Positions 9,098-19,739 of a stretch of DNA of 64,000 bases are shown piece by piece. Under the pieces are notes generated by a model. It was not told the DNA's origin and did not search any database. It was given only the letters and a program-made list of their open reading frames with translations. The DNA comes from an uncultured Bacteroidota bacterium (GTDB taxonomy: Bacteria; Bacteroidota; Bacteroidia; NS11-12g; UBA9320), in assembly GCA_913050005.1 (NCBI GenBank), contig CAJXBI010000001.1, forward strand, positions 16,566-80,565, given 5' to 3'. A program made the translations under genes and the position numbers. Each line of letters starts with the position of its first letter. Position 1 is the stretch's first letter.

Positions 9098-12000
9098 TTA
9101 GTTAGAGAATACTTTACCTACAAATTGTTTAACAGAAATGGTCAATCGATCGGTGAGGAAGTACATTACAGGTACTATAACCAATGTTAAGAAGGTAGAA
9201 AAAATTAAACCATAAATAACAGCCCATGCCATGGGCCCCCAGAAGTCTGCATTCTGTCCACCCCAGTATAGCTCTGGATTTCCGCTACTTAGTAAGCCCA
9301 CAAAGTTGACATTTAGCCCTATAGCTAGCGGGAACAAACCAAGTACAGTAGTAATTGCGGTTAATAAAACAGGTCTTAGTCTAGTTCGGCCAGATTCGAT
9401 AATGGTTTCTTTTATTTCTGTGATGCTAAGTACTTCTTTTTGATCCATTCCTTTGGATGCTTTTTTTCTTCGTCTAAGTAGGTTTGTGTAATCAATGAGA
9501 ACAATCGCATTATTCACCACAATACCAGCCAGTGATATTATTCCTATGCCAGACATCATGCCCGAGAATGTAGTCTGAGTAATTGAAAAGGCTAAAAATA
9601 CCCCTACGGTACTCATGACAACGGATAGTAAGATGATGAATGGACCAGCAATGGAGTTGAATTGAGAAACGATAATTAGGAAGATTAGAAACACAGCAAT
9701 AAGCATAGCTCCTCCCAGAAAAGCCATTGATTCTGCTTGTTCTTCTTGTTCTCCTGTAAATTTAAATTCATACCCATCACGAATTTCATGATCAGCCAAT
9801 AAGTCTTTATACTGAGCTACAAGTTCATTGGCATTTGCGCCTTCTTCTACTCCAGAATAGATAGAAATGACACGATCCATATCTTTACGCTTAATGGATC
9901 CATAGGTAGAGTTATAGTTTACCGTTGCTACCGCAGAAATGGGCACTTGACTTATTTGACCATTTGCAGGGTTTCGGAATGTTATTCTAGTATTTAGTAG
10001 ATTATTTAGGTTGTATCTGTATTCGTCCTTAAACCGTAGTTTAATTTTGTAGTCGTCTTCACCTTGTTTATATTTTGATATTTCTTTGCCAAGCAATGCT
10101 GTTCTAATCGTTCCAGCAATTTGCATGGTACTTAGTCCAAATCTTCGTGATGCTTCTTGATTAATTGAAATTTCGAGCATCGGCTTACCCAATTCTAAGT
10201 CTGTTTTAAGTTGGTCAACTCCTTTTAGATTAGCATCTTCCATCTTTTTTTTAATTTTCTCAACTTCTTCGATTAAGGTTAAGTAATTTTCTCCTTTAAT
10301 CTCCACATTGATGGGCTTACCAACTGGAGGTCCCATATTATCTTTACCAACGGTGATTTGTGCTTTTGGAAAGTCTTTTGTAGCATCTTTGATATTACTC
10401 ATGATATTCGATGTATTTACATCGGATAAGAATACACGTTTTTCATATTCGAAGAATGATACCGTAATTCTAGCTTTATTAGGAGAAGATCCCATGTTTG
10501 GAGTGCCTCCGTTTGGATCTGCAGTTTTTTCACCAACTTGAGTCAATATAGCTTCAATAATGATGCTATCTTTTTGCACAGCTTTGGTAATTCTGTTTTC
10601 TAATTCTTTAGAAATATCGTTGGTTGTTTCTATGTCTGTCCCAAGAGGTGTCTCAATAAATACATTTACATAGTTGGGTTGATTGTCTGGGAAAAATACA
10701 ATTGGTGGAGGATTTAGTGTAAAAGTCATAATGGAGACAATAAATACTAAGATTATACCAATCATAAATAGTATAGGTTTCCATCCGGTAAGGGCATATT
10801 TGATAAACTGAGCATATCTATTTTCAATACGAGGCATCATTTTTTGCATAAACCAGTTTCCTCCTGGTGTGAGTCCATATCGGTTAAGGATGGGTATAAT
10901 TACGGCAGCCAAAAATAGTCCAACCCAAACACCAGCAGAGCCCAGATATAAAAGAATGGATATTAGAAATAAAATGCCATTTTTTATCCAGAACTTACGT
11001 TTCGGGGATCGTTCAGAGTTTCCGATTTTTATTAAATCAGAGGTAAGTACTGGGTTGACAACAAGAGCAACAAATAGTGATGAAGAGAGAACAATAATCA
11101 ATGTGATAGGTAGGTATTTGAAAAACTCGCCCATCAAACTGGGCCAAAACATGAGAGGAATAAAAGCCGCAACCGTAGTGGCTGTTGAAGCAATAATTGC
11201 TGTAGCGACCTCGCCTGTTCCTTCTTTGGAAGCTTGATCTTTGGTCTTTCCTTTCTCGGAGTATAATCGATAAACATTTTCAACAATCACAATTCCATTG
11301 TCTACCAGCATACCAAGAGCTAGAATCAAGGAAAAAAGAACCATCATATTCAGTGTAGTTCCACTAAAATTCAGAATTGCAATTCCCATGAGCATACTTA
11401 ATGGAATAGCAATTCCTACAAATAGGGAGTTTCTTACTCCCAAGAAAAAGACTAGTACACCTACTACTAAGAGAACACCCATGATAATGCTGTTTTCTAA
11501 ATTAGTAATCATGTTTTTAGTCATTTTACTCTGGTCATTTGTAATAACCACATCTAAATCTTTTGGGAAAATTCCAGCTTTGGCTTTTTTAACGATATTT
11601 TGAATACTTGCTGCTGCTTCAATTAAGTTACCACCACTTTTTTTCTTGATATCAAGCGTCACAACAGGATTACCATTTAATCTAGCATAACTAGTTGCTT
11701 CTTTCTGGCCAAAGTTAACAGTTCCTATATCTCGTAGATAGACGATGTTCTGAAACTCATTTTTAATGATAATGTTTTCGAGATCTCGCCAGTCTTTAAA
11801 TTCACCATCTATTCGAATATTTCTTCGAGTAATATTTGATCCTTCGATACTTTTAATATCACCACCAGACATGGTTACATTTTCATTTACAATGGCACTT
11901 TCCACATCATATAATGAAATCTCTAAAGCTTCCATTTTAACCCGATCAACAGATACTTCTAATTCTTCTTCTGATAGTCCAGTGATATCTACTGAGGAAA

Positions 12001-12541
12001 TAGCAGATAAGTTTTCTATTTCGTCTTGAAGATGTTCTGCATATTCTTTTAATTTGTTTTGGGGGTAGTCACCTGATACATTTACGTTCATTACTGGAAA
12101 CTCAGAGAAATCCATTTCCATGACGCTTGGGTCTGCCGGTAAATCATTTGGTAAATCAATTTTTGCACGATCGATAGCATCTTTGACCTCTAATAAGGCT
12201 TTTTCACCCTCAACACTTAGCTCAAACTCTGCTACAATGATTGAAAAATCCTGAATATTGGTGGTATTAAGTTTCTTTAGTCCAGAGATTGTATTTATTT
12301 CTTTTTCGATTGGTCTACACACCAAGTTTTCCATATCCAGAGGTGAATTACCTGGATAAGCAGTATTGATGTAAATAATAGGTTGTTTTACCTCCGGAAA
12401 ACTTTCTTTTGGCATAGAATCATAGCTATTTATCCCAATAAAAGTGATAATACCGATAATAACATAAACTGATATTTTATTATTAACAGCCCATGATGAA
12501 AGCCTGAATTCTTTTATTATCTCGTTGATTTTCTTTGACAT
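9098..12541 (-). CDS. RND efflux permease (AcrB/AcrD/AcrF family)
   Basis: 1147 aa; MPKESFP, YPGNSP, GMLVDNGIVIVEN, RLRPVLLTAITT, PMAWAVIYGL, LTLVIVPVMY. Confidence 0.95.
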   Translation of the reverse strand: MSKKINEIIKEFRLSSWAVNNKISVYVIIGIITFIGINSYDSMPKESFPEVKQPIIYINTAYPGNSPLDMENLVCRPIEKEINTISGLKKLNTTNIQDFSIIVAEFELSVEGEKALLEVKDAIDRAKIDLPNDLPADPSVMEMDFSEFPVMNVNVSGDYPQNKLKEYAEHLQDEIENLSAISSVDITGLSEEELEVSVDRVKMEALEISLYDVESAIVNENVTMSGGDIKSIEGSNITRRNIRIDGEFKDWRDLENIIIKNEFQNIVYLRDIGTVNFGQKEATSYARLNGNPVVTLDIKKKSGGNLIEAAASIQNIVKKAKAGIFPKDLDVVITNDQSKMTKNMITNLENSIIMGVLLVVGVLVFFLGVRNSLFVGIAIPLSMLMGIAILNFSGTTLNMMVLFSLILALGMLVDNGIVIVENVYRLYSEKGKTKDQASKEGTGEVATAIIASTATTVAAFIPLMFWPSLMGEFFKYLPITLIIVLSSSLFVALVVNPVLTSDLIKIGNSERSPKRKFWIKNGILFLISILLYLGSAGVWVGLFLAAVIIPILNRYGLTPGGNWFMQKMMPRIENRYAQFIKYALTGWKPILFMIGIILVFIVSIMTFTLNPPPIVFFPDNQPNYVNVFIETPLGTDIETTNDISKELENRITKAVQKDSIIIEAILTQVGEKTADPNGGTPNMGSSPNKARITVSFFEYEKRVFLSDVNTSNIMSNIKDATKDFPKAQITVGKDNMGPPVGKPINVEIKGENYLTLIEEVEKIKKKMEDANLKGVDQLKTDLELGKPMLEISINQEASRRFGLSTMQIAGTIRTALLGKEISKYKQGEDDYKIKLRFKDEYRYNLNNLLNTRITFRNPANGQISQVPISAVATVNYNSTYGSIKRKDMDRVISIYSGVEEGANANELVAQYKDLLADHEIRDGYEFKFTGEQEEQAESMAFLGGAMLIAVFLIFLIIVSQFNSIAGPFIILLSVVMSTVGVFLAFSITQTTFSGMMSGIGIISLAGIVVNNAIVLIDYTNLLRRRKKASKGMDQKEVLSITEIKETIIESGRTRLRPVLLTAITTVLGLFPLAIGLNVNFVGLLSSGNPELYWGGQNADFWGPMAWAVIYGLIFSTFLTLVIVPVMYFLTDRLTISVKQFVGKVFSN

Positions 12542-12555
12542 AATTTCGATTTAAA

Positions 12556-13695
12556 TTATTCAGTAATAATTTTTACTTCATCACCAACAATTACGGAGTT
12601 CACACCTTCAGTAATTATCATATCACCTGGTATAAGTCCAGATTTGATGATTGTTTCGTTAGGGAATTGCTTGTCAATTTCAATGATACTCTTTTGAACA
12701 GTTTTCTTATTACCATTTGTTTTTATGGTATAGATAAAGTGTTGCCCTTTAGCTATGCGAACCAATTTTGTAGGAACGCTTATCGCATCATTTGCTTCAT
12801 AATCGTGTGCAGTTATCATTGCTAGTAGGTTAGGCTTCATCATTTTAATATATTTGGTTGGTTTTACATAGAATGAAAAAGTTCTGTTATTGGCATTAAT
12901 TACATTACTTACAGCTGATACCTTTTCAGTGGTGCTTAATTCGATAGATGGGAATGAAATATTCACTTCTTGCCCTACGTTTAATTTACCCAAATAAGTT
13001 TCAGAGGCAGATGCTACGATTTTAATATCGCTTAAGTTTACGATACGAGCTACAGGTCCGCCCGTCATACTTCCAACAAACTCACCTTCATTGGCCATAA
13101 TTTCATCTACAGTTCCACTGATTGGTGAACGAAGTGAATATTTTCCAAGCTGTGTTTGTGCAGTTTGGATTGCATTTTGTAATTGCTCGTATTGGTTTTT
13201 TGCTTGTAGATATTGCATTTCGCTACCTATGTTTTTATTCCATAGGCGTTGTTGTTTTTCAAAATTGAGTTTTGCAAGTTCCATACTTTTTTCTAATTCA
13301 TTTATTTGAGCATTGGCTGTACTGCCATCTAATGTTGCAATTATTTGACCTTTAGACACCTTTTGCCCTTCTCTAATAAGGAGCCGAACAATTTTTGCAG
13401 GTACTTCAGGGGAAACAAGTACATTTTTATCCGATTTTACAATGCCTTGAACTTCAAATGGATTTTTGAAAATTCCTTTTTTCACCTCCTTAGCCATAAC
13501 CGCTATTGCATTTTCTCGAGCGTTTGTATCTAAGTACTGAATTTCTCGTTTAAGATCCAGTATTTCTTTTTTAAGTGAAACTAAGTCTTTCTCTTTTTCT
13601 AACAGTTGTTCTTGTTTCTTTTGAATTTTAGTCAAATCCTTTTGGCCACACGATGTTGCTAAAAAAATGATGACTAGGATGGATATATTTTTCAT
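12556..13695 (-). CDS. RND periplasmic adaptor (membrane fusion protein), lipoprotein
   Basis: Lipobox LATSC, coiled coil, EGQKVSKGQ, LRSPISGTV, SGLIPGDMIITEG; lies between TolC and RND genes. Confidence 0.93.
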   Translation of the reverse strand: MKNISILVIIFLATSCGQKDLTKIQKKQEQLLEKEKDLVSLKKEILDLKREIQYLDTNARENAIAVMAKEVKKGIFKNPFEVQGIVKSDKNVLVSPEVPAKIVRLLIREGQKVSKGQIIATLDGSTANAQINELEKSMELAKLNFEKQQRLWNKNIGSEMQYLQAKNQYEQLQNAIQTAQTQLGKYSLRSPISGTVDEIMANEGEFVGSMTGGPVARIVNLSDIKIVASASETYLGKLNVGQEVNISFPSIELSTTEKVSAVSNVINANNRTFSFYVKPTKYIKMMKPNLLAMITAHDYEANDAISVPTKLVRIAKGQHFIYTIKTNGNKKTVQKSIIEIDKQFPNETIIKSGLIPGDMIITEGVNSVIVGDEVKIITE

Positions 13696-13736
13696 GTAGA
13701 TGTGATTTTGTAATTAATTTTTAATATCTGATTAGG

Positions 13737-15059
13737 TTATAATGTACCGTATGCTTTTTTGAGGTTAATTTGAGCTACGTTAAGTTCGTAAAGTGCATTT
13801 ATGTAATTTATTTTAGCTTGGGTGAATTCATTATCCGCAGATACTGCCTCAAAACTACTTCCGACTCCTTCTTTAAATTTTGTTGAAGTGGTGTTATAAA
13901 TGAGTTCTGCTAGTTGTTTGTTTTGTTCTTGAAGTTGAAGTGTTTTTTTTGCTTCTTTATAAGAATTTAAAGCTTGATTTATTTCTAGGTTTATCCCTCG
14001 AAGTGCATCACTTTTATTATTCTCAGTTTGCTTAATTTTTATCCTAACTTGATCAATTTTCGATTTTTTATAAAAGCCATCAAACAAGGGCAATTGTAAT
14101 CCAATACCGTATCTACCATTACCATACCATTCATTACCTATGTCTGAGAGCTGGTCTTCTACCGCAAACGTACTTGAACCGTAAGAAAAGTTGCCATATA
14201 AGCTTGGCATATATCCTACTTTGTATCGTTTGAGATCAATTTGGTTCAATAATTGCTGCTGATCTAGCATTTTAATTTCTACTCGATTGTTAGGGTCAAA
14301 GTTTGAAGAGGATAAATTGTCATCAATCGTTAATGGCAGTGGAGTGGTCAGTTCTATTTTTTGATTGATGTCTATCCCAATAGTATTTAATAAAAGTTGT
14401 TGTGTCAAGGTGGTTTGATTTGACATTCTAGTTAAGGTGACATCTAAATTAGATACAGCAAGAATGATTCGATCGACATCCAATTTTTCTGCAAAACCTG
14501 CCTTGTACATCGCTTCAGTTTCGGATTGAAGCTGAACCATATTTTTATAACTAGTCTTTAATTGTTCCAAGTTTTGATTGGCAATTAATGCCATGAAATA
14601 AGCTTTATAAACTGCTTCTTTCACTTCAATCTCAGTAGCTGATTTACTTAATTCACTAATTTTTACAAATTCAGACGATGCTTTTACACCAAGAAAAAAA
14701 GTTCCATCAAATAGTAATTGACTTACTCCAATACTTGCATTAGCATTAAAAGGAACCCCAAATTGAACAGCTATGTTTGTTCCAGGTTGACCTACAAAAT
14801 CTCCTGGGATTATTTGAGTTGGAACTTCAAAAGTGTGATTGAAGTCAGCATTCCCATTAATCTGAGGTAATCCTTTGGATAACACCTCGCTCACTTGAGT
14901 TTTTGCGTGCTTAACATCTAAACTTGCATTTAACAGCTGTGTATTTTTCTGTTTAGCTAAAGTTAGAGCATGATCAAGTGATAACGACAACACTTCAGAT
15001 GTTTGAGAGAATCCGAGTAGGTTGATAGCTACAATAGATAGGGATAATAGGTATTTCAT
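13737..15059 (-). CDS. TolC family outer-membrane efflux protein
   Basis: Signal peptide MKYLLSLSIVAINLLGFSQ (ATG 15059 overlaps the TetR stop, TAATG); LSLDHALTLA, LPQING, QLLFDG, LQLPLFDGF, KFKEGVGS. Confidence 0.93.
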   Translation of the reverse strand: MKYLLSLSIVAINLLGFSQTSEVLSLSLDHALTLAKQKNTQLLNASLDVKHAKTQVSEVLSKGLPQINGNADFNHTFEVPTQIIPGDFVGQPGTNIAVQFGVPFNANASIGVSQLLFDGTFFLGVKASSEFVKISELSKSATEIEVKEAVYKAYFMALIANQNLEQLKTSYKNMVQLQSETEAMYKAGFAEKLDVDRIILAVSNLDVTLTRMSNQTTLTQQLLLNTIGIDINQKIELTTPLPLTIDDNLSSSNFDPNNRVEIKMLDQQQLLNQIDLKRYKVGYMPSLYGNFSYGSSTFAVEDQLSDIGNEWYGNGRYGIGLQLPLFDGFYKKSKIDQVRIKIKQTENNKSDALRGINLEINQALNSYKEAKKTLQLQEQNKQLAELIYNTTSTKFKEGVGSSFEAVSADNEFTQAKINYINALYELNVAQINLKKAYGTL

Positions 15060-15673
15060 TACTGGTTTGTTATTTCGTTGATGTGTTGTTTTAAGTATGT
15101 TCTCCCTTCTTCTGTGCATATTCCGTGCAGGTGATAGCTGACCATCTGAAAGTGAATTGTCTGAAATTGGTAGTTGTTTTTTGCAGATGTAAATTGTTGC
15201 ATCATGCCACTAACTAAAGTAATATACATAAGAGCAATAATCTCTGCATTAATATCTGGGCGAAACAGCCCTGATTTGATTCCATGTTTTATATTATTCT
15301 TTACAGTATCCTTACAGTAATCTGTTCTAAATTCTTCCATCTTTGCCCATTGATCAGGATAAAATTTTTGCATATCATAAATCATGGTAGGATTAAGGTT
15401 TTTCTTTGACTGACTGATATATCGACTAAAATCAATCATCCGTTGTATGGCGTTTTTATTGCTATTAGCATACTTTTTTAAAGTTGATTTCTCAAAATTT
15501 ATTTTCTCTTCAATAACTCGATTTACTAAGTCTTGCTTGTCCTTAAAACATTTATAAATCGTCTTTTTACTAATATGAAGTATCTGAGCAATATCATCCA
15601 TACTAACACTTTTGATGCCAATTCGCATAAAAAGTTGTTTTGCCTCTTCTAATATTTTATAAGATTCGTCCAA
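15059..15673 (-). CDS. TetR/AcrR family transcriptional regulator
   Basis: HTH ILEEAKQLFMRIGIKSVSMDDIAQILHISKKTIYKCFKDKQDL; start most likely TTG 15673, since the upstream ORF extension runs through the promoter/operator. Confidence 0.92.
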   Translation of the reverse strand: MDESYKILEEAKQLFMRIGIKSVSMDDIAQILHISKKTIYKCFKDKQDLVNRVIEEKINFEKSTLKKYANSNKNAIQRMIDFSRYISQSKKNLNPTMIYDMQKFYPDQWAKMEEFRTDYCKDTVKNNIKHGIKSGLFRPDINAEIIALMYITLVSGMMQQFTSAKNNYQFQTIHFQMVSYHLHGICTEEGRTYLKQHINEITNQ

Positions 15674-15692
15674 AAGTAAGGTGCAAATTAAA

Positions 15693-15726
15693 TTTGGAAA
15701 CTTAAAAAACACAAATAGTTTCCAAA
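15693..15726. promoter_or_regulatory. Inverted repeat, candidate TetR operator
   Basis: TTTGGAAACT (15693-15702), 14-nt spacer, AGTTTCCAAA (15717-15726); adjacent to a minus-strand -7-like box (TTAATTTG) just upstream of tetR. Confidence 0.55.
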
Positions 15727-15838
15727 GTTTTATCGGATTTTTTAGTTATTTCATCTGTTTTTAGGAAAATCATCACATTGATAAAAAAATCAAGATAAAT
15801 ATGATTCAACATACTTTCACATTATTTACTTTCGTATA

Positions 15839-16462
15839 GTGAAAAAAAACACATCGTTTTTAGTTGGTTTGGCTGGTGGCAGTGCTTCCGGGAAGACTAC
15901 TTTTATTCGTCAGATTAGCAAAGAGTTTGGGGATAATCAAGTTTGTGTTATTTCACAAGATCACTATTACAAAGGACTGTCTGAACAATTGAGAGATAAA
16001 AATGGTATCGTCAATTTTGATCATCCTACGGGTATTGATTTTAAACGGATTAAAAAAGACATTAGAAAACTACTCAAAGGAAAACCAGTTCAAATTGTCG
16101 AATATACCTTCAACAATCCAGATGTATTTCCTAAACAGATTACGTATCAACCTGCACCAATTATTTTATTGGAAGGGCTTTTTGTATTTGCTAATAAAGG
16201 TTTAAATTCCATGTATGACTATCGCTTATATATTGATGCAGATGAGGATGTAACTCTTGATAGGCGGATAAAACGAGACACTACTGAGCGAGGAATGACT
16301 CTCGATGAGGTTATGTATCAATGGGATAATCATGTAAAGCCAGCCTATGACCAGTTTTTAAAGCCTCACATAAAAGATTCAGATTACGTAATTCAAAATA
16401 CAGATAATTTTGAAGACTGTCTTGTGCATGTTATTGCAAAATTTAGGGATGTAATTGAATAA
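15839..16462 (+). CDS. udk: Uridine kinase
   Basis: P-loop GLAGGSASGKTT, SQDHYY, NFDHP, LEGLF, RRIKRD..ERG, VKPAYDQFLKP. Confidence 0.9.
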   Translation: MKKNTSFLVGLAGGSASGKTTFIRQISKEFGDNQVCVISQDHYYKGLSEQLRDKNGIVNFDHPTGIDFKRIKKDIRKLLKGKPVQIVEYTFNNPDVFPKQITYQPAPIILLEGLFVFANKGLNSMYDYRLYIDADEDVTLDRRIKRDTTERGMTLDEVMYQWDNHVKPAYDQFLKPHIKDSDYVIQNTDNFEDCLVHVIAKFRDVIE

Positions 16463-16517
16463 AATTAATTAGGTCTAATACTTAATCTTAAAGCTCTAAA
16501 TTCGGCTTAAACTTTAA

Positions 16518-16548
16518 TTGTTAAGTTTCATGAATACAACTAAATTTG
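16518..16548 (+). promoter_or_regulatory. Putative secDF promoter
   Basis: TTG (16518-16520), 20-nt spacer, TAAATTTG (16541-16548). Confidence 0.6.
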
Positions 16549-16584
16549 CAATCTTTGAAAAAATCTAAGATAAACTAGATAGAT

Positions 16585-19500
16585 ATGAACAACAAAGGAT
16601 TTATACAATTTATTACTGTGCTGCTTATTTTTGCGAGTGCTTATCAGCTTTCGTTTACTTTCGTTACGAATAGTGTAGAAAAAACTGCTTCATCACAAGC
16701 ACAATTAATGTATCCAAATTCAACTGTCCAAAAAGATAGTTTTGAGATTCGATACTTAGACTCAATGTCTCAAGAGGAAGTTTATCCAGGATTAGGATTC
16801 ACTTACCAAGAGTGCAAAGAAAATGAGCTCAACCTTGGACTTGATCTGCAGGGTGGAATGAATGTAACTTTGGAAGTAGAGACACCTGCAGTTATTATGG
16901 CCATGTCTAACAATACCAATGACCAAGCTTTTTTAGCAGCATTCAAAAAGTCAAAGAATGAATATTTAGGTCAGCAAAACTTTGTTGACTTACTTGCTAA
17001 AAATTATGAAGCCGAAAACCCAGATGGAAAAATTGTAAGTATTTTTTATGGTAAAGGGCTTAAAGCGGAATTGCCTAACGAATATAACTCAACCAACGAG
17101 GAAGTATTTGATTACCTAAAACGTGAAAGTGAAAGTGCCATAAGTAGAGCATTTGAAATCATTAGTACACGTATTGATAAATTTGGAGTAGCACAGCCCA
17201 ATGTTCAAAGATTAGATAATGGTAGAATTTTAGTTGAACTTCCTGGAGTTGATGATCCTCAACGTGTTAGAGACTTACTTCAGAGTTCTGCAAAACTTGA
17301 GTTTTGGAAAGTATTCCCAAATTATAAGGGTTTTGAGTACTTAGAGGTAGTAAATAAGATTATATATGGTGTTAACCAGCTAAACAATATCGATAATGAA
17401 GAATTGGAAGATGCAGTAAAACAAGATAATCAAACAACTAAAGATACATCAACAAGCAAAGACGGTGATTTATTCGAAAATGACCTATTAGCATCATCAG
17501 ATTCAGTAGGAAGTGATTCTGTTCAGAAATCTAGAGAAGAAATTCAGCGGGAAAATCCTGTTCTTAGTAAAATAGTTCCAAATGTTGCAAATGAGGGAAA
17601 AAATTGGGCTCAGTCTGCAGAAATTGGATACATCGATGTAAACGATATTGAAGATTTCAAGGTTTATTTTACAAGAAAAGATATTCTTACAGCTTTACCA
17701 TCAAATTTACATTTCAAATTTGGATTTAAGCCAATCAAAATTGAAGGTAAAGATTTTATTGCCCTGTATGCATTGAAGAGTGGAAGGGCAGGTCAACCTG
17801 CATTAGCTGGTGATGTAATTACAGATGCACGACCAACTCGACAAGATGATTTGAATCTAGCAGTAAGTATGCAAATGAATCAAGAAGGAACCTCTGTATG
17901 GAGAAGAATTACGAAAGAAGCATCATCTAGTAGTCCCAAAGAGTGTATAGCAGTTGTTTTGGATGACCAAGTTTATAGTGCTCCAACAGTACAGGGTGAA
18001 ATACCAAACGGAAGTTCAGTAATTACTGGAAATTATGAATTGGATGAAGCTACTGACTTGGCAAATATTCTTAAGGCAGGTAAGCTTCCAGCTCCTGCTA
18101 AAATTACAGGAGAAACAACAGTAGGACCTACATTAGGAGCTAGAGCAATTAATGCGGGTATTATTTCACTTGCAGTCGGTTTTTTACTTGTAATCCTTTT
18201 TATGATAATTTACTATGGCAAAGCAGGTTTGTATGCAGATATCGCTTTGCTGGTTAACTTAGTTTTTATAATAGGTGTTCTAGCAGGATTGCATGCTGCT
18301 TTAACTCTTCCTGGTATGGCTGGACTTGTACTAACAATAGGTATGGCAGTAGATGCTAATGTACTTATTTTCGAGCGTGTTAGAGAAGAGCTACAAGGAG
18401 GAAAATCACTCAAAATGGCTATAAAGGACGGTTATTCTGGGGCTTATTCCTCGATTATTGATGCAAATATTACCACAATCATAGCAGGGGTTATTCTTTG
18501 GGTATTAGGTAAAGGTCCTGTAATGGGATTTGCCGTTATATTGGTAATAGGTATATTATCATCATTATTTACATCTATATTCTTAACTCGATTACTTATC
18601 GATAACGATCTTAAAAAAGGAAAAGAAACTTCTTTCTACTCATCATTTTCTGAATCAATTGGTAAAAAATTGAACAGAATCAATTGGAACTTCATTGGAA
18701 AAAGAAAAACTTTTTACATTATTTCTTCTATCATTATTACTGGAGGAATTGCATCAATAGTTACAAAAGGGTTATCAACAGGTGTTGATTTCAAAGGTGG
18801 ATGGAGCTATGTAGTAAATGTTGAAGATGCATCTACTGCTCAAATCAAGGAAGCATTATCAACTAAATTTACAGGTGCTAATACAGAGGTAAAAACTTAT
18901 GGTTCTGCAAGTCAATTTAAAGTCACTACTTCTTATATGATTGATAATAAAGATGCTGATGCTGGATTAAAAGTAGAATCTAAATTGGTATCGGCTTTAG
19001 AAGCGTATAATGTATCAGGTGAAAATATCTTATCAAGTAGTAAAGTAGGACCAACGATAGCAAAAGATATTTCTGTTCGATCAACCTGGGCTATCGCACT
19101 TGCAATTATTGGTATGTTCCTTTACATTTTAATTAGGTTTAGAAATATTGGTTTTAGTTTAGGTGCAACGACAGCAATTTTTCATGATGTTTTGGTAGTT
19201 TTTTCTCTATATTCAATTTTATGGGGAATTTTACCTTTTGAGCTTTCAATTGATCAAGCTTTTATAGCTGCTATTCTTACAGTAGTGGGTTATTCCATCA
19301 ATGATACTGTGGTCGTATTTGACCGTGTGAGAGAATTTATTGGACAAAATCGAAGAGAGTCTGACCAGTCTCAGGTTATTAATAAAGCAATTAACTCGAC
19401 ATTAAGTAGAACATTAATTACCTCATTAACTACTTTACTGGTTATTTTAATATTATTTATCTTCGGTGGCGAAGGGCTTAAAGGATTTACTTTTGCACTT

Positions 19501-19587
19501 CTAGTTGGTGTCGCAGTTGGTACATATTCATCTGTTTGTGTAGCTACACCAATTGTTGTTGATTTTATGAATCGATTTAAGAAATAA
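16585..19587 (+). CDS. secDF: Protein translocase subunit SecDF (fused)
   Basis: LGLDLQGG, RIDKFGVAQP, VELPG, VGPTLG, GMAVDANVLIFER, GVDFKGG, VGPTIA, HDV, GYSINDTVVVFDR, GTYSS. Confidence 0.98.
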   Translation: MNNKGFIQFITVLLIFASAYQLSFTFVTNSVEKTASSQAQLMYPNSTVQKDSFEIRYLDSMSQEEVYPGLGFTYQECKENELNLGLDLQGGMNVTLEVETPAVIMAMSNNTNDQAFLAAFKKSKNEYLGQQNFVDLLAKNYEAENPDGKIVSIFYGKGLKAELPNEYNSTNEEVFDYLKRESESAISRAFEIISTRIDKFGVAQPNVQRLDNGRILVELPGVDDPQRVRDLLQSSAKLEFWKVFPNYKGFEYLEVVNKIIYGVNQLNNIDNEELEDAVKQDNQTTKDTSTSKDGDLFENDLLASSDSVGSDSVQKSREEIQRENPVLSKIVPNVANEGKNWAQSAEIGYIDVNDIEDFKVYFTRKDILTALPSNLHFKFGFKPIKIEGKDFIALYALKSGRAGQPALAGDVITDARPTRQDDLNLAVSMQMNQEGTSVWRRITKEASSSSPKECIAVVLDDQVYSAPTVQGEIPNGSSVITGNYELDEATDLANILKAGKLPAPAKITGETTVGPTLGARAINAGIISLAVGFLLVILFMIIYYGKAGLYADIALLVNLVFIIGVLAGLHAALTLPGMAGLVLTIGMAVDANVLIFERVREELQGGKSLKMAIKDGYSGAYSSIIDANITTIIAGVILWVLGKGPVMGFAVILVIGILSSLFTSIFLTRLLIDNDLKKGKETSFYSSFSESIGKKLNRINWNFIGKRKTFYIISSIIITGGIASIVTKGLSTGVDFKGGWSYVVNVEDASTAQIKEALSTKFTGANTEVKTYGSASQFKVTTSYMIDNKDADAGLKVESKLVSALEAYNVSGENILSSSKVGPTIAKDISVRSTWAIALAIIGMFLYILIRFRNIGFSLGATTAIFHDVLVVFSLYSILWGILPFELSIDQAFIAAILTVVGYSINDTVVVFDRVREFIGQNRRESDQSQVINKAINSTLSRTLITSLTTLLVILILFIFGGEGLKGFTFALLVGVAVGTYSSVCVATPIVVDFMNRFKK

Positions 19588-19614
19588 CAACACCAAAACT
19601 AATTAATCGCATCT

Positions 19615-19655
19615 AAGAGCCTCTTATTTACTTTTTGAGTAAGGAGGCTTTTTTT
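19615..19655 (+). terminator. Rho-independent terminator of secDF
   Basis: Stem AGAGCCTC-TTATTTA / TGAGTAA-G-GAGGCTTT followed by T7, 27 nt after the secDF stop. Confidence 0.8.
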
Positions 19656-19739
19656 AATATTTAATATCATAAGTGTTTATGACAATTATTAGACATAAAG
19701 GGGTATGCTAAAGTGTGTGCTTATTTTAAATTTGTAGTA

